Origin: Selaginella moellendorffii
Taxonomy: Eukaryota > Plantae > Lycopodiophyta
NCBI RefSeq assembly: GCF_000143415.4
Contig: NW_003314388.1
Span: forward strand, 1-64,000
DNA: 64,000 nt
Reading direction: 5' to 3'
The translations under genes and the position numbers were made by a program. The notes below the pieces were generated by a model. It had not been told where the DNA came from, made no database searches, and saw only the letters and a list, made by a program, of their open reading frames with translations. Positions 1 to 12,289 of this stretch are shown in pieces; position 1 is the stretch's first letter, and every line of letters begins with the position of its first letter.

Positions 1-679
1 GGAACCCGCTCTAAGCCCATGGCTAGAGCACCCAAGGGCAGAAGGCGAGGAGAGTACCCAGGTGGCTCGCGTAAGGCCACGGTGTTCCAAAATGTTGTCC
101 CCAAGGCCCAGACTGTGGAAAGGAAGAGGAGCAGTCCTCTGGGGTAGTGACCAAGGACACAGTCGTGTGGTGAGGAAGTCCCAGAGGACCGTGGGACTTA
201 GTGGTCGGGCCTGTGGGTCTCGATCCAGTGGCAGTGTTGGCAAACACGGCCAGGGGCAGAAAGGGACTTAGTGGGGACTGACAGAGGGATATTGGGGAAG
301 GAAATTCCCCAGGTCTGTGGGCATCCTAAGGATGCTAAGGAGTGGATCTAGGATGACCACTCGTGGACAGATGGCCCAGTCTTGGAGAGACGGGATTGTG
401 ATGCAAGTGGTATTGGACCACTAGTGCAGCAAAGGTGAATGGGCATGGCCTTAGCGTAACGGGCCGAGATGTCAGTGGTACCTTTGGGTGTCGGTCTTGG
501 GACCGGACACGTGGAGCACTTGGACCAGGTGCAAGTGTTGAGTGGCATGGATGCCATTCTTGGGGCTAGCAAGCCCCAAGTCCTGAATTGGACTGATGGA
601 AGTTGTGAATGAGACTCCTCCAAGTGGTCGGAGGTGTGGTTAAGTGACTAAAGTAGAATGGAAAATTTAGTCGCTTACA
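1..679. mobile_element. Terminal part of a different LTR element nested inside the 5' LTR of the Gypsy-like element
   Basis: Ends in ...GCTTACA at 679, a typical LTR CA end. From 680 the sequence switches abruptly to a match with position 6829 onward of the intact 3' LTR. Confidence 0.65.
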
Positions 680-1630
680 CATACTTGGCCCGGCTTTTTA
701 GTTCTCTTTTGCTCTGTCTTGCACTGGCTTGACAAGAACCCTCGTGTATTGAGATTGGTCCCTCAATATCGCTGGATGATAGCTTACCGTGTCTGCCAAA
801 CACCCTCGCTATCATGCCCTTTGTGTTAGTCTCATTTTGGTCCCAAATGCTATTTATGGAAAGTGTCTAGATTTGCTCATTTGGCATATCTACGGAATGT
901 AGAGATCGGCCTGAACACAATGGTGTTCGTCCCGTGTCCAAATTCGCAATCTAAGGACATTCCATATTTAGTAAGTTTCGAGCTTGTCCCAGAGACTAAC
1001 TCCTGATACTAAGGGAGGCTTGGGGTGAAAGCCCAAAGCGTGTGTTCCTCAAGGGGGGGGGGGGGGGGGGGGGGGGGTTCCGGTTCCAAATGTATAGTAG
1101 GGATAGTGGGTAGGTCGGGCATGGCCGACCAACCTGAGGCATAGTCTAGCTCCCGCTTGCGTGCCTGTCCTTGTTCTGCGTCCGGCTTGGGTCTAAGCCC
1201 AAGTTCCATTCCATGCTAGCTGGTGGAGTACCCATACTCTCATGTTAGGCCACCGGTATGCCGAAATAGCGCCAGACTCCGTTTGGCTCCGTTTTGCGTG
1301 CTGGTCCTGGCATTGGGATGCTGGTTGCTTCAGGACTGTTCCAAGTCGCTCCAGGCCCCTGCCCCTTCGCTCCTTGGGCTTTATGCTCGGGAGTTGCTCC
1401 ATGGTCCGGTTCCATCACTCCTTGGCTCCATACTTGGGAGTTTGGCACCGTTCCTTCGTTCAGTGGCCCAAGGCCCTGAACCTCGGGTTCCTATGGACAC
1501 GTGGCATGGACACGTGGCATGTGACACGTGGCATCTGTCACGTGGCACAAAGAGGGTTTAAGTTCCGCTTCATGGTGTTATCCTATGGTAAATCACCATA
1601 GGATAAAGGGTCAAAACCACGTGTGCTACA
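680..1630 (+). repeat. 5' LTR (distal part; interrupted at 679/680)
   Basis: Direct repeat of 6829-7755, ends GCTACA, followed by the PBS. Confidence 0.9.
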
Positions 1631-1632
1631 TT

Positions 1633-1643
1633 TGGTATTAGAG
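1633..1643 (+). promoter_or_regulatory. Primer-binding site, tRNA-iMet type (TGGTATTAGAG; one mismatch to TGGTATCAGAG)
   Basis: Lies 2 nt after the LTR CA end. Confidence 0.8.
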
Positions 1644-4600
1644 GGTGAGTCTCAGCGAGTACTATTCAATGAGATTGGGCAACTAGTCTCGTTGCATATG
1701 CAGAGATGAAAACGATGATCCGAGTGGGTACACGTTTTGGGTGCAAAAGACTTCGCAATTGTTCCTTGGGTATGGATTTGGTTACCTTTCGTTCTAGATT
1801 ATATGAGCTTGCTCTTGGGCTCATAGGATGGATTTGAGGTGTACCATTTTGCACGAGTTTTCGCTTGGGCTCGTGAGTGAGGCACATTAGCAACTCGAGG
1901 TTACACTTTGAGTTGGCAGGATTAATGTTAGCCTATCGGTGGTTCCATGAGTTGTTCCATGTACCGTGGGTGAAAGCAAACCTCCCTGGGTTTGCTATGA
2001 GTGGCATATAGGCTGGTCCGTAGCTGTTTAGCACGGCACTAGTGGATCCTTCCTAGGCATGATTATAAGTGGATCAATTAAGACTATAAGGGATTAGTCT
2101 ATTGGTTCAAATAGTCATGGCCGTGCTCTCTTATAAACTTTTCTTCGATTGAACTGAAGGCAGTGCGAAAGCAAGTTTGAGGTTTGGTCAAAGATGAGAC
2201 CGAAAAGAGAGTCATCGGGGATGGAGGATCAAATACGTAAATCATTTTCTCTTCTCGGAGAGATGATTTGCAACGAGGTGTTAACTCATTACTTGTGTTC
2301 ACATCATGCAATCAAGAGTCCCTATCTTGATGCATGTTGGAGATGGTGGTTTTACAATGGTGAGTTGTGGGATGGATAGCGGTGAAGCGCTAAACCATTT
2401 TGTCTAAGCTTGCTATTGGAAGACTTAGGTTGCAATGCTCTATTCTTTTTCGAGAAACCTTGCTATTGCTCCTTGAGTAGCTTGGTGTTGGATTAGTTTT
2501 GAGTTTGGTCGGAAAGAGAGTGGCATAAGCTTGTCCATGTTGTGAACAAAAGTTAGTGGTGTTGGGTGTTGTAAATCTCTATTGATAGAGTGTGGCATTT
2601 ATGTTGCATTTTGTCGAATTGAGTTAGCACTTGATATTCACATAAACCTTTGTAGTAGTGACATGGGCATTTTTCATAGTGTTGCTTGATTGATGATCAA
2701 GTCATTGTGATTTATATCATATCCATGTGATAATAAGCACTGTGTTTACGAAGTTGCTTGGGTAAATGATGATCAACCCCAAAGTGGTTGATGGAGAAGC
2801 TAGTCTACTTGCATGAAGTAGCATTGTGGTAGCTTTAACTGGATTCTCGGAGATGGTCCATTATGCTAAGCTTAAGTTGGTACCTTGTTTCCTTGAGTTT
2901 GCCTGTTAGGTGATGGAAAGGGTTGTAGCATTCATTTGCTATAGCTTGTCGGTTGATCCGTTAGCACTTGGAGTAGATTGTTGGATGGAGAAGATGTGTA
3001 GTTGGGGCATTGACATCACTAGCACTTGTGTTAGTGGAAGTGGCATTGTTATTTCAAGTGATGAGGAATTTTCTTTGGACCTTGATTTTTCCATGTCATT
3101 TTTCTTGTTAGTGTTTTGGCTTCACATTGGATCTTGAAGGTGATTGAAGAAGAGTGTTAGTGCAATATGGATATCCGAAGATGTGGTCTTCGTGATCAAG
3201 CCTTGGATGTTCATTTTGCATTTTGCGGATGTCGGAATTGGATATCGAAAATATGGGCAAAAAGATGTTCGATGCTTAAGCATATTATGGATCATAAGAA
3301 TCTGTGTTGAGGTGAACCTATGTGAAGTTGTTTGTAGGAGGAAGTTGGTTGAGTCTTGAAAGTTTGCAATCCTGGACTAAGAGTCATTCTTTCTCTAGGA
3401 TGGAAATTTTCCACAAATTTTCTTAGACTTCCCCAATGGCTGATCTGTTGATCACTTTGCTGAAAACCATTCTATTTTTCGTAAGCCAGTACAAACTAGT
3501 GAAGGGGTTCGAGTTAACCTTGGTTAACTTAGACCTTAGTATATAGTTTGTATGATGCGACCCGAAAGGGATGCTGACTTTTGGGGCTAAAGCAATTGAG
3601 TTGGATAGAGTCTGGAGTTAGTGTAGAAAAGTGGCCGTTGCACTTTTCTCAGAAAGGTGACCCTTGTACCTTTCTTTTGTAGCGTTGTGCTTGGTGGCAG
3701 GTTGCACCTTGCATTACGTTAGACTCTATGAGAGTAGTGAGCTCTCACTGATCTTGACTTGGTCTTGGTGGCCCTGCGCCTTGGCTGAGGATGGTGATGT
3801 CCAATTTAGTTGTTTGAGGTTGCGATGTTGGTACCCATACTATAGCTTTGTCTATGAGGAGGTTGTGTACCAATATGAGTCCATCTCATGGTCTTCACTT
3901 TAGTTTCGACTGAGTGTTGATCATGCATAGCTAGCCTCTTCAAGGCATGCTCAAAGCTAAGTGGCTAAATGTTTTAGTGAGTTTATTGCGGTTGAGTTGG
4001 ATTCGAGTGGTCATTTAGTTTGTGCTTGTCTATGAACTCTTATCTCATACCTGGGGTATTATGTTCATGTTGGACAAGTATATAACTTGATGACAAGAGT
4101 TGGTGTTTAGGTCTTGTGAAGGCAAGTTGAGGAGTGAGTGTTAGTTGCTTTGCGACTAGTGATTGCTTGTTGACTTCGTCAAGGACTGTTGACACTTGCT
4201 TTGCTCAATGATGATTCAGCAGTGATGGGCTTGCTTTATCGAATGGTGTTGCGGAGGATCGTGTCGTTAGACTTACATGAGTTTTTCATGTTGATATATC
4301 GACTCTACCTCTGTCGATATCATTGGGTTACATCTAGTCCGTAGTGTTGGATTTCATTGAGTCTTGGACGTGGTGATTCACTCCTTGATGATGTGTTATC
4401 TGAAACTGAGTTTTGCTGAAGGATTGGTCTCGGATACTAGGTATAGTATCTTCGAATTTGGTTAGCTTGGTTGCTGGAAAGCTCCGAGTGGTGATTCACT
4501 CGTGCTTTCTTCTAGCTTTGTTTTGGTGTTGATAGCATTGAAGTGATGCCCTATCGTTGACATTGTTGGTATTGAGATTCAAGTGAAATGAGATGTCTCT

Positions 4601-6232
4601 CTGTAGGATTGATATTGAGTTTTATTAGTTCTGATAAAAATAGTGTTGATGATTTAGCTTTAGCTTTGTGTTGTTGGCATTCATGCATTTGCTAGTTAGC
4701 AACTATATTGACGTTCAAATGAATTAAGTGGCAAGTTGAGTTAGTTGTGTTTTAGATGAGATTGTTTAGTAAGGGTTGAGCTTTAGCTTTTCCTTGAAAA
4801 GTGATTCAGTCGTGGACTATGCTAACTCTACAAGTGAAAGAGTTAGTGATCAATATTGGAAAGTTTGAATCCTTATTGGGTTTGAATTGGAATATATTGA
4901 TCATTGATGATTCCCCTTGTGCTTGTTACGATGTGAGCTATGTCTTGCTATAAATGGATTTATGGAGGATCGATTAGATGATCACTTGTTGAGCATAACT
5001 TCGTTATGCTTGGCTTTTGGATTGATGCAGATATGCTCTTCATTAGCTTTTGCATTATGAAGTTTAGCTTATGGATGTATTGAAGGGGATATTGTGGTTC
5101 TACCATGATTTCTTCTTTAGTATTGAAGTTAGTTCGTGCGAGACTTGTGATCATTGTTAGACAAGACTTGGCTATAAACTTTTTCAAACTTTTGGTCCTT
5201 TGAGTTTATTATGCTCATTGTTCCATTTGTTAGAAGTTGTTGGGGGGAAGGCATTTTTGGCTCTTTAGCTTCAATGTACAAATTAGTATTTGCATCTAGC
5301 AATCATTGGTGATGATTGACTATCATCTAGGATAATTGATTATCCTTATCAAAGGTTTTGCTTGATTATCGTTGATCTAGAATGATTTGCTATACTTCGG
5401 GATGGTGGATTCCTTCTTAGACGATGATTCTGCATATCTCTTTTTGATAAGATGATCGATGATCTTTCATGATGGTTAGTTATTCTTTTTTATGGCTTAT
5501 GGCTTTTCGCAATACCACATGTTCTTTGTGGTTTGCTCTGGATTGGTCTCTTGGGTTTGAGACATCAGTAGGATGTTGCTGACACTTGCTTAGGCAACTT
5601 GAGTTCCTTGGTGTTATTGGCTGGGATCTATCCGGATTGGCTAGTGCAATGGTTGATATGAATAAACGTTTGTTTGCTTTGCAACATTCATTTTGTTCTG
5701 TTGATTATTGCTCGAGTTAGTTCTCATAGATTAGGATGTTATTTCCTTCGGGTGATACATTCGCGAGCATTGTGCTTGTTAGTCAATGATACTTTGTGTT
5801 CTTTGAATTGTGTTTTGTGAGTTGTTTGGCATGCTATCTGCCATTTTTGGTAGTTAAGTTTTATCATTGAGTTTCCTTGATGATCTACTTGCTATTGAAT
5901 TTTGTTGGATGGTGATTCCTATGTTTATCAATTATGATGATCTTGGTGGTTCCTATACTGTAATACTAGTTTATCAGATAATACCTTACTTGGAATACTT
6001 TTGTGTTCTAATATAAGATTTATTCACTGATAATTCCGACTCTAAGATATCATTGTCTATGACTTTGATATTGTCCATCTATTGATCTTTGAGTTTGGGC
6101 CAGTAATAAGCAGACTGGCTTCGGCACTTCGTGTGCATGTTGAAATCTCTAGTCATGGGGTAGCTACTGTCGACTGGTCACATAACCCGCCTCTCTGTCG
6201 ATGTTCCTTATTCCGTTGAAAGGGCGTGACCG

Positions 6233-7755
6233 TGTAAACAACTCTAACTGCCTATTTACAGTAGTCTATCTAAACCTTACCGACGGGTTTGGTTTCTTTG
6301 CTTAGGAGGGTTAGGGCCTCTGGCTTCTCTCTCTATGTTCCTGCAGGCAAGGGCATATCACACTTTTGTAGCTGGGTGACCCCCAAAGCAGCAAGGGTGG
6401 CTGACTTCGTTGGTCATTTCCTTGTCGGCGACGGCTGGAAGGTGTCTGAGCTGGTAGCGCATCCGCGTTAGACAAAGAGGTTGCTCCCTAACTCATTTAA
6501 GTTGGTGCATTTCTCATATAGTGTGAGTACCGTGTACTTTTTCTGGAGTTGTTTCCTTGGCGGTATTCTAGACTGGAGTATGCATCGACGAGGACGTCGA
6601 TCTTCCCCAAGGGGGGGAGAGTGTCGCGAATGTGACTTCGGGTATCGAAAGATACTTGTCGACCAGTCCTTATGGACACTCTTTCCTTACTGCCATGACG
6701 GCAGGAGGTCGGTACTGCTGGTTCCCTTTATTGGCCCCTCTTGTTCAAGTGTTAGTAAACTGGACTTAGCATCTGTACTTGGCCGGATGAGCATAAGGAC
6801 GGAATTCCTAAGTGTCTATTTGGCCAAGCATACTTGGCCTGGCTTTTTAGTTCTCTTTTGCTCTGTCTTGCACTGGCTTGACAAGAACCCTTGCGTATTG
6901 AGATTGGTCCCTCAATATCGCTGGATGATAGCTTACCGTGTCTGCCAAACACCCTCGCTATCATGCCCTTTGTGTTAGTCTCATTTCGGTCCCAAATGCT
7001 ATTTATGGAAAGTGTCCAGATTTGCTCATTTGGCATATCTACGGAATGTAGAGATCGGCCTGAACACAATGGTGTTCGTCCCGTGTCCAAATTCACAATC
7101 TAAGGACATTCCATATTTAGTAAGTTTTGAGCCTTTCCCAGAGACTAACTCCTGATACTAAGGGAGGCTTGGGGTGAAAGCCCAAAGCGTGTGTTCCTCA
7201 AGGGGGGGGGGGCTGTGGGGGGTTCCAAATGTATAGTAGGGATAGTGGGTAGGTCGGGCATGGCCGACCAATCTGAGGCATAGTCTAGCTCCCGCTTGCG
7301 TGCCTGTCCTTGTTCTGCGTCCGGCTTGGGTCTAAGCCCAAGTTCCATTCCATGCTAGCTGGTGGAGTACCCATACTCTCACGTTAGGCCACCGGTATGC
7401 CGAAATAGCGCCAGACTCTGTTTGGCTCCGTTTTGCGTGCTGGTCCTGGCATTGGGATGCTGGTTGCTTCAGGACTGTTCCAAGTCGCTCCAGGCCCCTG
7501 CCCCTTCGCTCCTTGGGCTTTATGCTCGGGAGTTGCTCCATGGTCCGGTTCCATCACTCCTTGGCTCCACGCTTGGGAGTTTGGCACCGTTCCTTCGTTC
7601 AATGGCCCAAGGCCCTGAACCTCGGGTTCCTATGGACACGTGGCATGGACATGTGGCATCTGTCACGTGGCACAAAGAGGGTTTAGATTCCGCTTCGTGG
7701 TGTTATCCTATGGTAAATCACCATAAGATAAAGGGTCAAAACCACGTGCGCTACA
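6233..7755 (+). repeat. 3' LTR, complete, about 1.52 kb (TG...CA)
   Basis: Starts TGTAAACA after a purine-rich tract, ends GCTACA, and matches 680-1630. Confidence 0.8.
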
Positions 7756-10516
7756 CACTCTCTCCGTGTTCATCGTCGGAGTCGTCGTCAGAACTGCTAT
7801 CAGAATCTGAGTTATCCATGTCGAGCTTGAACATCTTGAAGGGCTCTTGCTAGTTCGAGTTAAGTGGTGACATTGATGTGTGTTGCCGCTTCTCAGAGGG
7901 ATCGTCGGAGGCCTTGCATGTACCATTGGTAAAGTAAAGTTTCAGTGGCACTTTTGCCGCATTTGCTGGCATGTCGAGTGAAGGTTTGAGTGTAGTCATT
8001 GATGGATTGTCCGGACTTCTGCTTGAGTTTTTGGATCTTATGAAGTCATTGGCTTTGAGTGAGGGAAGACTTTAATCGGCCTACGAGCTTGAGTGCAAGG
8101 TTGTCAAAACTTGTATTTTGAGGAAGCGTTTGAGCCCATTCGTTGGCTCCCTTCCGAAGGGTACATTGGAAGTAGTATGGGAGTTTAGTCGTCTGGCTGT
8201 TGATGTGGATTGCTTCTTGGAACTGTTTGACATGTTTCTCAATGTCTTCTGACTTCAGACCATGAAATAGTGGATAGGAGACGTGTCTTCCAACGAGTAT
8301 GTTGGGGACGGCGGTAGCGACTACCATTTGCTGTTGGTAGTAATGTCGGTATTGTCAAGGTTTTTTTGTCAAGTTCTCACCCTGGAGTCCGAAGATGATT
8401 TGTAGCAAAGGGTTGTCGGGGTGGACAGCAAAGTCGGTGTAGGAGGAAGTTGGGGAATTGTTGTTGTTATTTAGTGGACTCTCCTCTGTTTTTTCTTCTG
8501 TGTTGGGACTGTTTTTGGGTGTGTCGTCGACATCGTCGTCGGCATTGGGTTGCTTGCCAATGTTGATTTCTGGAAGATGCTGCTCGAACTTGTTGTTGAC
8601 GTACTTGGCAGAGTTATGTTGTGTTGGTTGTGGTTGTTCTTCAAAATTGTCAAAGAGTTCTTCAAGCGTATAGTTGTGTGATGATTGTGGTTGCTGTTGA
8701 AGATTGTTGTCGTTGATGATTGGTTCGTCGACCTCGTTGTTGTTGGATGATTGTAGCTGTTCGGCAGCTCGGTGTGAGTTGTTGACCTATTCATCGAGTG
8801 CTTGACTATTGGACAATTCGGGTTGTTTGTCTTTACCACTGTTGACTAGGTATATTGGAGTGCGACTGTAGTGGGTGAAGTCGAGGAGTTGTCTTGTCGG
8901 TGCGTTGAAGTCAAAAGCGTGTTCGAAAGGTCTTGCTGATAGTGGGCTTCGGTAGATCTTAGACACAAATGTGGGATATATTGGTGTTGTGAAGATCGGT
9001 CAGTATGGCGAAAATGGTGCTAGTCTAGTGAAGTCTGTGAAGCCGGGTGGGAAACTTGGTCATTTGTCGTCACCGTAGATGGGGTTGGTGAATGTACCTT
9101 TGAAGTGGTTGTATGCTGCTTGAAAAATGTTTTGTTGCTCGGGTGTAGTTTGTGTCAACTGCTCGAATGTTTGGTCAAGCTCAGGCACTTCGGTGGGTGC
9201 CATCGAGGGTGTTGGTTCAGGCTCGGGCACTTCGGTGGGTGCCGTCAAGGGTGCTGCCAGTGGTGTGTCTAGTGGTGTTGTGTAGTTGTTGTATTTTTCG
9301 CAGATGTTCGAGATTGGTTCATTGGAGTTAGCTCGTGGTAACAATTCGTGTCGGATGTAATTCTCTCTCTTGGAGGGTTTGATAACTTGATTCAACTTCT
9401 CTTGGTCTTTCTTTCTCTTTGTTTCTAAATTCTTCAAATCTTTATCTAAACATTGGATAAGCCATTGTCAATCTTCTTCCGACTTGCTGGATGTTCTTCT
9501 TGGTTTTGGATATATGCATTCTTCTACTTGTTGTCAGTGTCAGATTTGCATCCGCAGTCGGTCATGCAGTTCTGGCAGAACTTCGGGAAAACTGGCAGCA
9601 AGTCAATTGTTGATAAAGTTGTTGTGAGTTTGTTCTTTCTTTTTGGTGCAAATGTCAACAGTGGTGCATGTTGGGTTGGGTTGTGTTCAGTCGAGGTATG
9701 TGGGGTTGAGTTTGTTGGTGCAGTATGCAGACTGGTCTTCCACTTGCTAGTGCCAAGATGGAGTTTAATGAAAAGTTTCGGATACTCAGGTTTTTCAGGA
9801 ATGATTTCTTCGATAATGTCATCGAGTTGTTCAAGTCCGGATTGGGCAATGGCGTGATTGGCGAGAGTTGTCGCGGCGAACGTGTTGACTTTGAACCGAG
9901 TTCAGACTGTCATTTCGGTGTTGAGCTGCTGACTCTGTCGGAGGGGTTGTCAAAAAATCAGTGGTGTGTGCTCAAGTTGTCCCTTGACGAGTTGTCCAAT
10001 AGCGGGTAACAGAGTGATGGGTTCGTCGTTGGTGTAGGTTCTGAGGATGTGCTTCAGGATTGGGAGTGGGTGCAAGAACTGGAATCACATCAGAGCGCTA
10101 GGATTACTGGGTTGATGCCTGTATGGAAGAGGGGTTCATTTCAGCAGCGGTGTCGATTTGTGTCGAGCGCGTTGGTTGAGTTCTCGAGCTTGGAGTGTGT
10201 GTTCTTGTGCTTGGAGTTGGAGTTGGCCAATGAAGTTGCCGAGGGTGTTTGCCGATGAAAGTGCTGGTGTAAGCTCCTGAGTTTTGGACTTCCCGGGAGG
10301 TCACCCAACCCAATACTATTCAAACCCAAGGACGCTTAACCCCAAATATCCCAAGACCCTTAACCGATTGGAAAAGGGGGTGCACTCTTCTTCATGGGCC
10401 CTTTCCCTCTATATTTGAACCCCATGGATCGTCTCTCAAGTCGTTCCCTTTGGTTGCTTACAATCCACCATGCTTCCCTGCAAGTTCACGCCCTCGTGAA
10501 CGGAAGCTGAGAGCCG

Positions 10517-10613
10517 CAGCTCTCCCGAGAGCTCTGCTCTCTTGACACCCTACCGCTCGGGTCTCTCAGCTCTCCCGAGAGCTCTGCTCTCTTGACACCC
10601 TACCGCTCGGGTC
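10517..10613. repeat. Tandem duplication (47-bp unit, 50-bp period) inside the TRIM
   Basis: CAGCTCTCCCGAGAGCTCTGCTCTCTTGACACCCTACCGCTCGGGTC occurs twice. Confidence 0.9.
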
Positions 10614-10735
10614 GAGCCTAGCGGGAGCAAACTGGACCAGCCAGATGTCAATCAACATGTGGTGTGAGTCCCCTAGCTAACCAACAGAGTCGGACCCGAG
10701 ACCTCTCTGATACCAAATGTAAACTCTTGAGTTTT

Positions 10736-10791
10736 GGACTTCCCGGGAGGTCACCCAGCCCAGTACTATTCAAACCCAAGGACGCTTAACC
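10736..10791 (-). promoter_or_regulatory. 5S rRNA-like internal Pol III promoter (A-box/IE/C-box region) in the TRIM 5' LTR; second copy at 10286-10341
   Basis: Minus strand GGTTAAGCGTCCTTGGGTTTGAATAGTACTGGGCTGGGTGACCTCCCGGGAAGTCC aligns without gaps to plant 5S rRNA AGTTAAGCGTGCTTGGGCGAGAGTAGTACTAGGATGGGTGACCTCCTGGGAAGTCC. Confidence 0.9.
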
Positions 10792-11727
10792 CCAAATATC
10801 CCAAGACCCTTAACCGATTGGAAAAGGGGGTGCACTCTTCTTCATGGGCCCTTTCCCTCTATATTTAAACCCCATGGACCGTCTCTCAAGTCGTTCTCTT
10901 TGGTTGCTTACAGCTGGGTGATTGGAGTTTCTTGTCGAAAAGGGTTGTTGGTGTCCTTCATCGGTGATTGGACTTGGAAATCTTGAGAGAGAGCTTGGAG
11001 ATTTTTCAAAAATCTCCTTTGGAAAGCATCTAGCTCTACTGCATTGGGTAGCACTGTTGATCCATGTTGGTGGTGGCATTTTCTTGTTGAATTTGGGCTA
11101 ATTTTGGCGAGTTGGGTAGATTGCTTGATTGTTCTTACTATCTGTGCACAGAAAATGGAGAAAGAATGGAAGAATTTGTGAACTTGAAGGGGAATTCAGA
11201 AGTCGTGGTTGCCAAATGAAGAGGTGTGGATATTCCTCTTCGCTGGAAATCTATTGCTAGTAAGAAAACAAAAGAGAAAAGGGCCCGATCTCCAAGGGCT
11301 AAGAAGAAGGATAAGTGAAAGAATGTTGTGTATTGATAAGAAAATGATAAATGGAGATGGGGATCCACAATTCAGATTCCCTCCTTTGAAAGGCTAGTGG
11401 TTCTAACTGCTAGCATATGCTAATGAATGGTATATACTTATGACTCTAATGTAACCCTAAGGTTAGAGTCAAGGTACTTAAACTTTTTCTTCTATCGCTA
11501 AACCCTAGAAACCTCGAGCAATTTAAAAAAAAAGCCCTTTAATGGATATGGTCTAAAGAATTCCAAAAAGATCTTTTCGTTTCTTAGTACCACACTCGAT
11601 GATTTCACGTGAAATGAATATACTCGCTTTTCTTTGCTTCTTTGTTTTGCGTATCCTCGTTCTTCGTCGCGGATGTTCTAAACCAAAAAAAAAAGCAAGA
11701 AAATCAAGTCAATAACATTGACGTGTT

Positions 11728-11968
11728 CTCTTCCAAGAAATGTACCTCCCAAGTCGCTGCCATGAAAGCATACCGCAAAAAAACTCTAAACAAATCCCTC
11801 CACCAAAAAGCTGTCTAGGCCGCTGTGGATGAGCTGAAATCATCCAAGCCAGCTCTTCCAAGAAATGTACCTCCCACGTCGCTGCCATGAAAGCCAGTCC
11901 CCCGTACCGCAAAAGAACTCTAAACAAATCCCTCCACCAAAAAGCTGTCTAGCCCGCTGTGGATGAGC
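11728..11968. repeat. Local tandem duplication, about 110-125 bp x2
   Basis: CTCTTCCAAGAAATGTACCTCCCA...GCTGTGGATGAGCT occurs at about 11728 and about 11853. Confidence 0.85.
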
Positions 11969-11984
11969 TCGAAACCATCCAAAC

Positions 11985-12215
11985 AAAGCGACCGCGCCTG
12001 AATCCGGTGCCGCACGGCGCTGGGCCTCCATCCTCATCCGACTGCATGATCAGGTTTGTCTCTCCGGATCTTGCTTTAATCCTCTTTTCTTTTCTTTTTT
12101 TCTTTCTTCCGGCAAGATGGAAGAACCTGTTGGCAACGGCGACCCAACGCCGTGGATGTGATATCCCTGTGGGTCTTCTTTCTTATTCTTTTTCTTCTTT
12201 CTTGGAAGATCTTGT
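11985..12215 (+). pseudogene. 5' fragment of the TEX30/KANSL3-like hydrolase gene (inverted copy of about 43600-43870)
   Basis: Reads KRPRLNPVPHGAGPPSSSDCMIR plus the first intron, with deletions relative to the intact gene. Confidence 0.85.
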
Positions 12216-12289
12216 TAGTTTTCTAGTTAAATGACATACTCTGTTTCCCCTAAATCATTTTCTCCATGTAAATATATGCATTTTTGCGG

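Larger units (their letters stand above)
680..7755 (+). mobile_element. Ty3/Gypsy-like LTR retrotransposon with a degenerate, non-coding internal domain (non-autonomous)
   Basis: 680-1630 nearly equals 6829-7755. PBS-like TTTGGTATTAGAG follows 1630, and purine-rich GAAAGGGCG precedes TGTAAACA at 6233. The interior has only stop-riddled pol-like remnants (e.g. ISYLGYYV near 4040). Confidence 0.85.
10268..10912 (-). mobile_element. Cassandra-type TRIM (645 bp) with 5S rRNA-derived sequence in its LTRs
   Basis: Two 195-bp TG...CA LTRs (10268-10462, 10718-10912) and a 5-bp TSD GCTGG (10263-10267, 10913-10917). Minus-strand PBS TGGTATCAGAG at 10705-10715 and PPT-like GGGAAGCATGGTGGAT at 10463-10478. 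No coding capacity. Confidence 0.95.
7756..11471 (-). mobile_element. Degenerate retroelement relic with a retrotransposon gag-like segment; host of the TRIM
   Basis: ORF 8046-8327 (PLFHGLKSEDIEKHVKQFQ...LRKGANEWAQTLP...SFDNL) has the retrotransposon-gag pattern. Broken minus-strand ORFs run up to 11079. Boundaries are approximate. Confidence 0.55.

Noticed and set aside
1053-1077. 25-nt poly-G run (G-quadruplex candidate)
   Set aside because: The other LTR has a shorter interrupted run, so this is most simply slippage or a homopolymer sequencing artefact.
1009-1601. Short ORFs duplicated at 7145-7853
   Set aside because: They recur only because they lie in the two LTRs; no domain signal.
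10286-10341. A true 5S rRNA gene
   Set aside because: Only the internal 56 nt or so match, the 5' half of 5S is absent, and the segment sits inside TRIM LTRs.
11200-11471. Possible LTR plus PBS (minus-strand TGGCAACCACG) and hairpin TGACTCTAA...TTAGAGTCA for the gag relic
   Set aside because: No second LTR copy in the window and only a partial PBS match, so it cannot be supported.
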